The translations under genes were made by a program, and so were the position numbers. Below are positions 7,432 to 18,200 of a stretch of 64,000 nt of DNA, piece by piece. Below the pieces are notes generated by a model. The model was not told where the DNA came from. It saw only the letters and a program-made list of their open reading frames with translations, and made no database searches. This DNA comes from an uncultured Planctomycetota bacterium (GTDB lineage: Bacteria > Planctomycetota > Planctomycetia > Isosphaerales > Isosphaeraceae), in contig CAWGMQ010000005.1 in the NCBI GenBank assembly GCA_963823665.1, forward strand, positions 1,728,001 through 1,792,000, written 5' to 3'. How positions within the stretch are numbered: position 1 is the first letter of the stretch; every line of letters begins with the position of its first letter.

Positions 7432-10221
7432 ATGGCGAGCGGCTCGTTCGACCAGGCACTGAAGCAAGTGCACCGGCTCTTCCATGTCGGAGCGGTCGGC
7501 GGATTGTCCGATTCTCAGCTCCTGGACCAGTTTATTCTGCGGCGCGATGAAACTTCCGAGGTAGCGTTCGAAGAGTTGGTGATTCGTCACGGTCCGATGG
7601 TTTTCCGGGTCTGCCGCGGCATACTGAGCGATTCGAACGACGCCGATGATGCATTCCAAGCCGTCTTTCTGGTTCTCGCGAGCAGGGCTTCGTCCATCCG
7701 CCGCACTGCGTCGGTAGCGAGCTGGCTCTTCGGCGTCGCACAGCGCGTGGCCACACGCGCTCGGCGCTCGGCAGCACGGCAGCACAAACTCGCTCGCGAC
7801 ATCATGGAGCGGGCCGGCGATCGTGCTCTGCCCGAGCACGATGAACGCGTCTGCCAAATCTTGCACCAGGAGATTGATCACCTGCCCGAAAGTCTGCGGG
7901 GGCCCATTGTGCTTTGCTATTTCGAAGGGCTCAGTTATGGGGCGGCCGCGCATCACCTGCGGGTTTCCGAATCGGTGATTCGCGGCCGGCTGGCCCGGGC
8001 GAGGAATCGGCTGCGCCGCCGCCTGACCAGACTGGGCGCGACTGTCCCCGCTGGTCTTCTGATCGCCGGCGCCGCCGGCACGGCGCAAGCGGCGATCCCC
8101 GTCACACTGACTCATTCCACCACGCGTATCGCGCTGGGATTCGCGGCCGGCAAGACGGCCGCCGCGCTGGCGCGGGGGACTTTGAATTCCATGATACTTA
8201 ATCAAGCGAAGGTTGCTGCCATCCTCTTGTGTCTGGCCATTGGAGGCAGCTACTGGGCCTCGCACGGCCTTGCCGTTGCGGCTGGTACACATAGTCGGCC
8301 CCAAGGCGAGAACAGCGTGATGGCGCCGGCCAGACCGCCCGAACAGGCCGTGAAATCGCAGCCGGCTCCGGCGGCGACCAAGTATCGGCTCAAAGGCTCC
8401 GTCCGCTTACATGACACGGGCGAACCGGTCAAAGGCGGTAAATTCAGCGTTCTTCTCGGCGATTCGACGAATTCGCGCGAGTACGGGATGCGAAACGTGA
8501 CCAGCGGCGACGATGGCCGTTTCGCCGTCGATCTTCCCCCCGGCCTGGCGAGAGCATGGACTTTCTTTCCTCCGGTTGGATTCTGGGCACCCGGCAACGC
8601 CACTTCACAGGAGACGTTCGTCCTCAGCGCAGACCATCCGAGCCAGATCAAGGACTATCTCGTCCGGCGCGGCGTGATCTGGACATTTCAAGTTATTCGC
8701 GGTGCCAAACACGAGCCGGTTCGCGCCGCTTCTGTCCGAGCGTCGAGCGAGAAAGAAATCTTCATGACAGAATGCGATCAAGCCGGCCGAGCGCGCCTGA
8801 CTCTCCCGCAGAATGGGCAGAAGCTCACGGTCTACGCATCGCCCCACTCGGCATCATTACAGTCTTTTCTGGTCGCGCTCGAATGGGACACGCAGTTCAG
8901 CCCGGATGCAGTCAAGGCGATGAACAATCGCGATGGACGGTTTCACCTGACCGATGACGCCGGCAAGACGGCAACAATCGTCGAATCGGATGCGGTCCAT
9001 CCCACGATCGTCGACCGGAAACTCGTCTTGCAGGTTACATTGCCAGAGGATGACGTAAAGTCATTCGGCAGCCTGACCGGCCGCGTGGTCGACGGCCAGA
9101 ACCAACCCCTCGACGGAGCCAAGGTGGCCTTGGCCTTCGGTGGTCCTTCCGGCAGTGCGATGTCAGGCGATCCTGCGCATCAGGTAACCACCAACGACCG
9201 CGGTGAGTTTGTTATCGGGTCCATCCCTCGTCAGAGCGTGGACGGGAAGCCGATGAAGGCCTTCGCCGTGGTGACCAAAGATGGCTATGCGGGGGTTGAC
9301 TCGCAATCGATCACGCTGCCACCGAACGATGGCACCAAACCGCCGGTACTTGACGCGATTCGACTTGAACCCGGCATGTCTTTGAGCGGAACTGTGGTCG
9401 ATCCCGAGGGCCGGCCGGCCGTCGGGGTTTGGGTCGAGGTGCGAGGCGCCTATGCTCTGCGCGAGCAATTCGCCCGAACTGACGACAAGGGGCATTTCCG
9501 CGTCAAGAACCTGCCGAAAGGTGTCGTCAGTCTTTACTTTGAATACGACAAGCTCTTCCAGATGGGCAAGTACTTTGCCGAAGCCGACCCGAAAGCCAAC
9601 ACGATCGAGGTCCGGCTTCGTTCCGTCGATGAAGCGTTGGCCTCGTCGAAGAACCGGCCGGCAAGGCGTGCTCCTTCCCTCGAATTCGGCAAACCGGCGC
9701 CCGACTGGAAAGTGGCTGCCTGGACCGACGGCAAGACTCGCTCGCTCGCTGATTACCGGGGCAAGGTCATCCTCCTTGATTTCTGGGGCATCTGGTGCAG
9801 CGCCTGCATTAACGGGATGCCGAGCTTGGAGCGATTGAGAGAGAAGTTCGAGCCGCGCGGCGTCGTTTTCATTTCGATCCACACGCGCGAAGAGGAGATC
9901 GGCAAGATTCGTCGTTTCCTCGAGTTCAAAAAAACGAGCATGATCTCCGCTCTCGACGCCGACGACGGTCGGCACAGCAACGAGTACAGCGGTGTAACGT
10001 CTGATCGCTACGGTGTGAAAGGCTATCCCTCGTTCTTCATCATCGACCGCCAGGGAAACCTCGCCTATCCCAGCGGCGGCACAACTGAAAGTGTTGCCGC
10101 GATGAAAGCCCTGGGCAAGGAGATGGGCTTGAGCGAATCGACCATGACCGAGGCCGATTTCCATCGATTGTGGGAGGCATATTTCAGTCGGGAGATTGAG
10201 AAGGCCCTGGATCGCCGCTGA
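7432..10221 (+). CDS. ECF sigma factor fused to a TM helix, carboxypeptidase-regulatory-like beta-sandwich repeats and a C-terminal TlpA-like thioredoxin
   Basis: Sigma2 (DADDAFQAVFLVLA) and sigma4 (LCYFEGLSY..RGRLARAR); hydrophobic AKVAAILLCLAIGGSYW; repeats GRVVDGQNQPLDGAKV and GTVVDPEGRPAVGV; LDFWGIWCSAC redoxin motif. Confidence 0.88.
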   Translation: MASGSFDQALKQVHRLFHVGAVGGLSDSQLLDQFILRRDETSEVAFEELVIRHGPMVFRVCRGILSDSNDADDAFQAVFLVLASRASSIRRTASVASWLFGVAQRVATRARRSAARQHKLARDIMERAGDRALPEHDERVCQILHQEIDHLPESLRGPIVLCYFEGLSYGAAAHHLRVSESVIRGRLARARNRLRRRLTRLGATVPAGLLIAGAAGTAQAAIPVTLTHSTTRIALGFAAGKTAAALARGTLNSMILNQAKVAAILLCLAIGGSYWASHGLAVAAGTHSRPQGENSVMAPARPPEQAVKSQPAPAATKYRLKGSVRLHDTGEPVKGGKFSVLLGDSTNSREYGMRNVTSGDDGRFAVDLPPGLARAWTFFPPVGFWAPGNATSQETFVLSADHPSQIKDYLVRRGVIWTFQVIRGAKHEPVRAASVRASSEKEIFMTECDQAGRARLTLPQNGQKLTVYASPHSASLQSFLVALEWDTQFSPDAVKAMNNRDGRFHLTDDAGKTATIVESDAVHPTIVDRKLVLQVTLPEDDVKSFGSLTGRVVDGQNQPLDGAKVALAFGGPSGSAMSGDPAHQVTTNDRGEFVIGSIPRQSVDGKPMKAFAVVTKDGYAGVDSQSITLPPNDGTKPPVLDAIRLEPGMSLSGTVVDPEGRPAVGVWVEVRGAYALREQFARTDDKGHFRVKNLPKGVVSLYFEYDKLFQMGKYFAEADPKANTIEVRLRSVDEALASSKNRPARRAPSLEFGKPAPDWKVAAWTDGKTRSLADYRGKVILLDFWGIWCSACINGMPSLERLREKFEPRGVVFISIHTREEEIGKIRRFLEFKKTSMISALDADDGRHSNEYSGVTSDRYGVKGYPSFFIIDRQGNLAYPSGGTTESVAAMKALGKEMGLSESTMTEADFHRLWEAYFSREIEKALDRR

Positions 10222-10411
10222 GCCGAGCTCAGGCTGAGCCTCGGCTATCAACGTCTCAGGTGCGAAGAGGACGGGCTCGCCGCTCACCAGGCGCCCGCAC
10301 CGCGTTGACCGGCCGAGCCCGGAGCGGGACAATGACCTTGGCGACGCGAAGCCCGGCTGCGAGTCGCCTGGGCTCTCCGGGTTCCGGCACGACAATGGAA
10401 GGCTCCCCACG

Positions 10412-11223
10412 ATGAGGATTCCGTTCCCCGGCATGGATCCCTGGCTCGAGCTCCCAACTCTTTGGCTGGACGTCCACAACAGCTTGATCACGGCGATCCG
10501 CGACGATCTGGCTTCGCGAGTCGCGCCAAAATACCACGTCGGCATCGAGCAGCATACGTACCTGAGCGTTCTGGACGCCCGGTCGTTCATCGGCCGGCCC
10601 GACATCGTCAGGGCGCGGACCAAGTCGGGAAAGCGCGGCGGGCGGGCGCCGTGTCGGCGCACTCGACTGTGACCGGCACCCATATGCTGAAGCTGGACGT
10701 CGAGGTACCGATCCAGGACCGGGTCGAAGAGTGGTATCTCGAGATCCGGATCGCCGAGACCGGCAAATTGGTCACCGTGATCGAGGTCCTCTCGCCAACG
10801 AACAAGTCCGCGGGCCCGGGTCGGAGAAAGTACCTTCGCAAGCGGACTAAGAACCTCGACTCGAGGACGAGCCTCGTCGAGATTGACCTGCTTCGCGGCG
10901 GTAAACGGATGCCGCTCAGCTCGCCGGAGACGGTGGAGGGTGACTATCGCATTCTGGTCAGCAGCGGACGGATCAGGCTGCGTGCCGAGCTTTATGTCTT
11001 CGACGTACGCCAGCCGATCCCGGCGATCCCGATCCCGCTGCTGGCTAAAGACCCTGAGCCATCGCTCGACCTTAACGCGGTGCTGCACGCCTTGTACGAG
11101 CGGGCACGGTTCGATCTGGTGCTGGACTACTCCAAGTCGCCGACGCCCCCGCTCCGCGAGAAGGACGCCGCCTGGGCGAGAGAGTTCGTCTCGGGCGCCC
11201 GAGGGACCCGGAGAGCCCCATGA
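10412..11223 (+). CDS. DUF4058-family protein (PD-(D/E)xK-like), split by a frameshift at about 10600-10660
   Basis: N-part MRIPFPGMDPWLE..DVHNSLI in one frame; C-part YLEIR..VTVIEVLSPTNK..VEIDLLRGG..IPIPL..LDLNAVLHALYERARFDL in another. Confidence 0.8.
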
Positions 11224-11248
11224 TTCGCTCGCAATGAATACAAGGTGC

Positions 11249-13003
11249 TCAGAGCGTCTTCAAATACTCCAGTAGCCAGCTTCGTTCGTCGTCGCTCAGC
11301 TTCGCGCCGAATTCGTGACCGGCATTCGAGTTTCCCACAATCGGCGTGCCGTCTGGGTTTTGAACGTTGAATCGCGGAAAACCCGCGACGTCAGTCAGGT
11401 AGCCCACCTTCACCGGATCGAACGTCTTGACACCGATGCTAAAGGAAAGCGGGCGCTTGGCGGCGGGCTGAAGCAGAGCGTCCAGATTCGGCACCGAACC
11501 GTTGTGCAGATAGGGAGCCGTTGCCCAGATTCCGTTGAGCGGGCGCGCCTTGTATCGCGCCTCCTGCTGTACGATCGCCTGCGCAGGCGCGAGCCGCGCA
11601 CGCCCACCGCGGAAGTTCACAAGTCGCAGCTCGTCTGGTGGCGGAATCAGCAATTGTCCCAGAATCATCCCGATTACTTCGTTCGTGACCATCGAGTCAG
11701 CGTCTGCGACAGGCCCGATTTTCGGTGTGAACGGCGCGAAGTTGATGTTGACGCCGTTGAGTTTCCCGGACGGCCCCGTGCGATTGAAAAAATTAGTAAA
11801 TGCACGGGGGTCAGTACCGGCGTCGTTCATGATCGCGGTGACCTTGCGGTTGGGATCTGTGCGTGCGATCAAGGCGTGGCATTCGAGGCAGTTCGTTTTG
11901 TATAGCGCCGCTCCCTTCGCCGCCTTATCCTGGTCGATCTTGGGAAAGTCAACGGACCACTGTGGAGACCAGAGCGTCTTTACGAGATTCTCGAGAGCGA
12001 CGAGCTCGAGAAACTTGACCGACGAAGCATAGCCGATGCGCAGGATCGATCGCCGTTCGGGGATCGAAATCTCGCCGAAAACACCGAGGACTTCTCCGAC
12101 ATTGCGCGACAGACTGTCGATATCAAGCGGCCCGCCGCTTTTGGCGATACCCAACCACTGGACGAAGTCGTGCTGAGGAGTGTCCCACAAGCACGGATAA
12201 CTCACCGGCGCGTCGGCGAGCAACGCACCGACGATCGGAGAAGTCATGTCGGCCGCTCGGGTCGCATGGAAGTACGCCTGGTTCACAATGGCGCCCACGG
12301 CATCCAGCCGGGCATAGCGCGTCGGAGGGGGCTGCTGCGCCGGCCTCGGATCGTACCCCGCAAAATTGCGAAGGTTGTAACCCACGCGAGTGTTGATCAT
12401 GGTCGTGAGCTGATCCTGTAGGTCCGTCTGATTCGCGGCGTCGTTGTCCGGGCCCAGGATCTTTGCCGCGAACCGGGCAAACTTCTGCGGGTCGCTCTGC
12501 GTGCTTTGAAGGGCAACCGTAAGCGCGGCCAGAAACGCTTGCACATCGGCTTGCGCCGGTGCCCCGTCAACACGATAGCCAGTATCGCCCACTCGGATCT
12601 CCGCCGTGTGACACGCCGCACATGTCATCCCGAGCCAGGACCGGCCCAGCCCCCGCTTGCCCATGACAAACCCGACCGGAAGCCCGTCGGGGTTGAGGTT
12701 GCCGGGGTTTTGCGGAAGATACCGATACTTGAGAATGTTTTGATTATCGCGAAATGGCTTTGGTTGATCGACTTGTTCGAGCGCCAGGAACCAGTCGTAC
12801 GGGATGATCTGCGATCCCTGCTCCGTAAAATAGAATAGAAGGCTCTCCTCGGGCGACCAGTTCTGCGCAAGATAAACGACCTTGGTGACCGGCTCGCCGA
12901 GAGGATCTTGTGTTGCAACGAAGGCATCGCGGCTCGACGCCACCTGGGCAGCAGCCGGCTGCACACAACAGACAAGCAAGATAAACGCAGTAACGGGGCG
13001 CAT
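11249..13003 (-). CDS. Secreted di-heme c-type cytochrome (cytochrome c peroxidase/RoxA-like family)
   Basis: Signal peptide (MRPVTAFILLVCCVQPAAA), heme motifs CAACH and CLECH, YKARPLNGIWATAPYLHNGSVP, GNSNAGHEFG..LLEYLKTL; an alternative start at 13078 overlaps the HD gene stop (ATGA). Confidence 0.85.
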   Translation of the reverse strand: MRPVTAFILLVCCVQPAAAQVASSRDAFVATQDPLGEPVTKVVYLAQNWSPEESLLFYFTEQGSQIIPYDWFLALEQVDQPKPFRDNQNILKYRYLPQNPGNLNPDGLPVGFVMGKRGLGRSWLGMTCAACHTAEIRVGDTGYRVDGAPAQADVQAFLAALTVALQSTQSDPQKFARFAAKILGPDNDAANQTDLQDQLTTMINTRVGYNLRNFAGYDPRPAQQPPPTRYARLDAVGAIVNQAYFHATRAADMTSPIVGALLADAPVSYPCLWDTPQHDFVQWLGIAKSGGPLDIDSLSRNVGEVLGVFGEISIPERRSILRIGYASSVKFLELVALENLVKTLWSPQWSVDFPKIDQDKAAKGAALYKTNCLECHALIARTDPNRKVTAIMNDAGTDPRAFTNFFNRTGPSGKLNGVNINFAPFTPKIGPVADADSMVTNEVIGMILGQLLIPPPDELRLVNFRGGRARLAPAQAIVQQEARYKARPLNGIWATAPYLHNGSVPNLDALLQPAAKRPLSFSIGVKTFDPVKVGYLTDVAGFPRFNVQNPDGTPIVGNSNAGHEFGAKLSDDERSWLLEYLKTL

Positions 13004-13074
13004 CGCGTGAACTCCTCTACAGGCAAGCCGGAACGCCGGGTTCAAGTTTGACGATCGACTGGGGCGAGAGCTTG

Positions 13075-14436
13075 TCATACTCTTCTATTCGGTTTCAAGT
13101 GCTCCGCGGCGATCGAAGCAACCATCTCTCGAATTTGGCCCGGAAAGTAGTACCGCAACAGGCTGTATTCCTTTTGAATCGTGGCGACGCTCCGCGACGC
13201 TTGACTGAGCTCTTGCCATCCCCCGGCCGGTCCCGCGACCAGAATTTGGTTCACCGGTTTCTGAGCCTCCGGGTCATAGGGCTTGTACGGCGTGTCCGAA
13301 GGGCTGTCGGCTACAAGTGCGTAAGCTGGGTCGAGCCCCGCGCTGCGGATGCTGTCGATGGCGGCCACTTTGAAGTCGGCGGCAGCTCTTGGAGGTGCGA
13401 ACGTCACGTCGACCGCTTTGTAGAGTTTCCGATTCACTAATCCCTCCCCCAGCTCTTTGAGCAGCGGGTCTTTCCCGGCCGCACAGGCCTTGAACAGCTC
13501 GGTCAGCGTATGATCGTCGAGCGCCAGATAAACGTTCAGCGGCGGTCTGGCGGAAAAAACGGCAAGCACGCTCTCCGGAGCCCCTGGCGCGATCGCCTGC
13601 ACGTCCAGTCCGGGCCCGTCGAGCTCGACCAGTTGCTTGAATCGCTTGAAAATCAATCGCAGCATCACCTCGGCTGCACGGCTCGTCTTGTGAAAGTACA
13701 CCGTGCGATACATGTGATATCGGGCGAAGACGTACCGTTCTGCCTCGGCGAGCGCCTTCGCGTTCAGATAGAACCTCCCTCGGTCGCGGTCGATGTCCAG
13801 GTGATGAACCAGCCACTTCCAGTCAAACCTCCCATAATCGGCCCCCGTGGCGTGGCTATCGCGCTGCAGGTAATCGAACCGATCGGCATCAAGCTGGCTC
13901 GCCACTATCTGAATCAAGAACGACGGAAATTCACCGCACGAGAGGCGCTCGGGCTCTCTGGTCCCATCGAAAAACGCAGCAATCTTGCGAGGAAGCTCTC
14001 CGCGAGACTGGTAGCTTGCAAGGCACTGGTGAATCTCGGTGGAAGAATCCAGGATGATCTCGAGCGTTCGCGACTCGTGTCGATCGCCGGTGACCGACTC
14101 GAATGAATGAGAGAACGGGCCGTGGCCGACGTCATGGACGAGCGCGGCGGCGAGCACAAGAGTCTCTCGGTCTTCGTCGAGCAGCTCGGGCCACACTCGC
14201 CGTATCCTCGCCAGAAACGAGCGGGCGATATGCATCACGCCGATCGAATGGGCGAACCGGCTGTGGTTGGCTCCGGGAAAAACCAGCTCGCAGACACCGA
14301 GCTGCTTGATCCGCCGCAATCGCTGAAACTCGCGGGTGTTGATCAAATCCCAGAGCAGGCGATCGCACGGATCGTCCTCGAACGGGATCAGCTCATGCAC
14401 CGGATCTCGGATGACCTTGGGCCAGGTTCCCGCCAC
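13075..14436 (-). CDS. HD-domain phosphohydrolase (SAMHD1/YwfO-like dNTP triphosphohydrolase family)
   Basis: IRDPVH, FQRLRRIKQLG, HSRFAHSIGV, LVHDVGHGPFSH, LDADRFDYLQRD, MYRTVYFHK; GTG start 14436 with GGAGGGAG RBS. Confidence 0.88.
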   Translation of the reverse strand: MAGTWPKVIRDPVHELIPFEDDPCDRLLWDLINTREFQRLRRIKQLGVCELVFPGANHSRFAHSIGVMHIARSFLARIRRVWPELLDEDRETLVLAAALVHDVGHGPFSHSFESVTGDRHESRTLEIILDSSTEIHQCLASYQSRGELPRKIAAFFDGTREPERLSCGEFPSFLIQIVASQLDADRFDYLQRDSHATGADYGRFDWKWLVHHLDIDRDRGRFYLNAKALAEAERYVFARYHMYRTVYFHKTSRAAEVMLRLIFKRFKQLVELDGPGLDVQAIAPGAPESVLAVFSARPPLNVYLALDDHTLTELFKACAAGKDPLLKELGEGLVNRKLYKAVDVTFAPPRAAADFKVAAIDSIRSAGLDPAYALVADSPSDTPYKPYDPEAQKPVNQILVAGPAGGWQELSQASRSVATIQKEYSLLRYYFPGQIREMVASIAAEHLKPNRRV

Positions 14437-14893
14437 GGCGGCTCCCTCCGCGTTGCTCGCAAGCGCATCGGACGTCGTGCCGCATTGTCCTACGTGAAGC
14501 GTTCGTATGCAACAAACGGAGGCCGAAAAGGGAGAGAAGACCCTTTCTGATTTGTGCCGTCGATCGCCAAGATGCAACGATCAACTGAAGTACTTTAGCG
14601 ACTCGGAGTCGATCAGCACTTGACAGGGTGCCCAAGTTTCGCTGAACGCGATTCTTGGCGAGGGTTGCCAATTTGTGAAGACGGACAGTTGACGGCGCTA
14701 GGAGCCCAGCCAACTGCCAGTCAGAAATGGCGACGTCGAAATTGGTGTGCTGTGTCTGCGTCGTGATCCGGGCCAGAACTGTGTCGGCATCCCCGGTGTC
14801 GAGAATCACGAGCGCAGGGCGCGGTTTACCGGGCCCGCTTGCCGTGAACGGGAAGTCGACCAACACGATGTCACCCGGCTGATAGCTGGTCAT
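14393..14893 (-). CDS. PemK/MazF-family toxin, with apparent C-terminal read-through extension
   Basis: GDIVLVDFPFT..GKPRPALVI..ARITT..AGLLAPSTVRLHKLATL..LGTLS; typical domain ends near 14567 but the ORF continues to 14393. Confidence 0.82.
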   Translation of the reverse strand: MTSYQPGDIVLVDFPFTASGPGKPRPALVILDTGDADTVLARITTQTQHTNFDVAISDWQLAGLLAPSTVRLHKLATLAKNRVQRNLGTLSSADRLRVAKVLQLIVASWRSTAQIRKGLLSLFGLRLLHTNASRRTMRHDVRCACEQRGGSRRGGNLAQGHPRSGA

Positions 14894-15089
14894 AAACGGC
14901 ATCGGCGTCGGCATATCCTCGGCCAAACGCGTCGGCCGCTAAGTTCTCCCATTCTTCGTCCGCCTCGTTTTCGGGCACCAGAATCAGCACGCGGACTGCT
15001 TGTCCAACTGGGATCAATCCCATGAGGCACGCTGGAACAGCGAGAGTCTGATCGGGACTCACCTTCGATTGGAACTCGATGGCCTTCAT
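14871..15089 (-). CDS. Putative antitoxin (72 aa) of the MazF-like toxin
   Basis: GGAGG RBS; MKAIEFQSKVSPDQTLAVP..VRVLILV N-terminus and acidic C-terminus (ENEADEEWENLAADAF..YD); overlaps the toxin start. Confidence 0.72.
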   Translation of the reverse strand: MKAIEFQSKVSPDQTLAVPACLMGLIPVGQAVRVLILVPENEADEEWENLAADAFGRGYADADAVYDQLSAG

Positions 15090-15205
15090 TTGCAAATTCC
15101 TCCAAGACGAATTGTACACCGTCGATCTCATCGCTGTCAGAGGAAGCTGTCCGTCCGTCCGAACTGAGAACGCTTGCGTGGCAATCTGGAACACCACCAA
15201 AAATC

Positions 15206-15256
15206 CGCGGCACAAGTTTATGCGGAACATCGCCCCAGGCGACACTACACTGAAGA
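15206..15256 (+). promoter_or_regulatory. Candidate ECF-type promoter, copy 3 (more divergent)
   Basis: CGCGG..ATGCGG(15220-15225)-n18-ACTAC(15244-15248)ACTGAAGA upstream of ATG 15286. Confidence 0.35.
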
Positions 15257-15285
15257 AACAACCCAAAAGCGGGGCGGAGGTCGAA

Positions 15286-18200
15286 ATGAGAGGCACACCG
15301 GCGGATCCGTTTTTCAGGCACGTGCGGCGGGTTTTCAACCTGGGCGCAGTCGGGACGGTGTCCGACGCGCAGTTGCTCGATTGGTTTGTCTCCTCGCGAG
15401 ACGACTCGGCGGAGGCTGCCTTCGAGGAGCTGATGATCCGGCATGGTCCCATGGTGTTCGGCATTTGCAACCGTGTGCTGCGCGACAAGCACGACGCTCA
15501 GGACGCGTTTCAGGCGGTGTTTCTGGTGCTGGCAAACCGAGCGCGATCGATCCGCCGTAGAGACTCGGTCGCAAGCTGGCTGTTCGGCGTGGCCCAACGC
15601 GTCGCTGCACGAGCGAGAAACCGAGCCGCCCGCCGCCGAGCGATTGATCAGACCGCCGCTGCACAGGCGACCGATTGTTATGCCTTGCCCGAAGAGGATT
15701 CCGATCGAGAAACCGTTCATGAAGAGCTCGATCGATTACCCGAGCGTCTCAAGGCGCCGGTAGTGCTCTGCTACCTCGAAGGTCTGAGCTACGACGCGGC
15801 GGCACACCAGCTTGAGCTTACTGAGGGGGCGCTGCGCGGCCGGCTTGCCCAGGCACGAAAGCGTCTCCGGAGCCGGCTCGCCCGGCGCGGCGTTACGGTG
15901 CCTGCCGCACTCATCGCCGCCGGTGCATCCACCCAAGCTCAGGCGGCCATTCCCGAAGCTTTGGTCCGCTCCACGATCCAGATTGCGAACGGCCTGACAT
16001 CTGGCAACGGCGTTGCACTTCTCGCGAAAGGCGTCTTGAATTCGATGTGGGTGAGCCAGCTCAAGATTGCGGCAGGCGTACTGTTGATCACCGCGGCAAC
16101 GATTCTTACAGCCGGCATCGCCTGGGCACTGGCTCCGCGCGTCGGCATACAAACTGCCGCTGGCCAGCCTGGCACAACTCCGCACAAGACCGACGACATC
16201 ATTAAGAACCGGGTGAGGAGCACGTGCGAGTTCGGGGAATCGTGGTCGACGAGGCCGGACGGCCTGTGGCGGGAATAAATGTCCAGATCGGGGCGTACAC
16301 CAATCACGCTACCCACGGCGTGACGGACGCTGACGGACGGTTTGGAATTCCAACACGCCGAGCCGAGCTGGACGGCGCGTCGTTACTCGCGCGATCCAAT
16401 TCCTCCGATCGGGCGGGATTCTTCCGGTACGGCTGGGAGTTGACCGACGAACAAGTGGCCGCGCCGGTGCGCATCGTCCTGAAGCCGACCCGCGAAATCG
16501 AGATTCGTGTCACCGACTGGAACAAGAGCCCTGTGGCCGCTGCGTCGGTTCAAGCTGCCGGTCAGTTTTGCGTCTACGCCGATGCACTTTCGCGCGATGA
16601 TGGCTTTGCATGGCTACGGATCCCGGCCGATGCCGAGATCCAGTGGATCTTCGCGCTCAAATCAGGTCGTGGCTTCGATTACGCAGAGTACGGCCTGATC
16701 GACGACGCCGGCCGCTCACAAGGCGGCATGCCCGTGCGAGATCTGCCGTCGTCGGTCTCCCTGACACTAGGGTTTCCTCGCACAGCCCGAATCAAAGCCG
16801 TCGATCGCAGCGGAAAACCGATGGCCGGCGTCGCGTTCGAGCCCTGGCTTCTTCGCAAAGAGGGCCGGCGCAGCTTTCTCAATATCTCGACTCGAATCCA
16901 GGAAGTGGCGACAGGGCCCGATGGTATCGCGACGTTTGATTGGCTTCCGGCCGACAAGGACGACGTCACCTTCTGGCCTGTTTCCGGCGGCTACGCGCAC
17001 CGTCGGGTGCAGTGGAAGCTGAGCGAGGCCACGACAGCCACCGTCGTCATGACTCGGACCGAGTTGATTCGCGGTCGCGTACTCTTTCCGGACGGCCGAC
17101 CGGCTTCTCGCATAAACATTCGGGCGTACGGAACCGGCCACGGAATGGATAACGGCCAGGGTCGCGCTCGAAGCGCGGAAGACGGTTCTTACGAGATGCC
17201 GGTCAGCCCGGGCGAAGCCTATGCGGTGTATGTCGACGATCAAGACTGGGCAGCACCATCACGACTCGACGTGGTGGTTCGTGAAGGAAAGCCATTTGAA
17301 GGCGTCGACTTCAAGCTGAACCACGGAACAGTCATCCGCGGAATTGTGACCGTCGGTCCGGGCAACCGGCCGCAATCCGATCAGTTCGTCCGGCTCGACG
17401 AAGCCGGAGATCGGGCCCCGGAAGAAATCCGCGAACCAGGTGATCGATTGTGGCGCCAGGTGCGCCGTCAATTTGGAGCCATGACCGACGCGAAGGGCCA
17501 GTACTCGATCCGCGTCGGGCCCGGCACCTACACATTGATGGGCCCGCCGCGGACAAGCGACGAGAAGATTACCGTTACCGATCAAACCGACCTCGTGCGT
17601 AATTTCCGCATGCCCCGTCCCGAGAAAGGCACCTTGACCGGACGAGTGGTCCGTGCCGGAAAGGAAGGCGCGGGCGTTGCGGGCGCAAAGATTGAGATCG
17701 TTGCCGAGAATCCAATCAGTGTACCAATCGGTGTCACAGCAGACTCCGACGGACGATTCCAGGCCGAACGACAACTCGACCCTTTGGTCATCTTCGCGTC
17801 CACGCCTGATCGAAAGCTGGGTGCAATGGTCACACTTGGCGCTGAGAACACGGAAGTTGTCATTCCGGTCGCCCCCATGGCGACCGCCACGGGCGTTCTC
17901 ATCGACGAAAAGAAGCGTCCCGTCGCGAACACACCGCTTTATTGGGGCCGGCGTGTCTACCTCGACGAAGAGCGTCAGCAGATGATGACATGCTTTGGTC
18001 CCAATGTCGTTACCGACACGGAAGGCCGATTCACGCTGCCGGCACTCGTGGTCGGGCAGGAATATGAGATCGGCATCCAACGGGACAACACTTTTCCCGA
18101 GGCCGGTGCGGTTTGCCCAAAGAGTGCAGGGCCGATTGATCTCGGCATTCTTCAGCTTGGAGCGTATCACTCGAACTCGCCCGCTGATCCAGATGCGATG

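Noticed and set aside
16190..16280. Programmed frameshift producing free sigma vs sigma-thioredoxin fusion
   Set aside because: No slippery heptamer is evident, the paralog at 7432 is continuous, and similar one-base breaks occur throughout the window.
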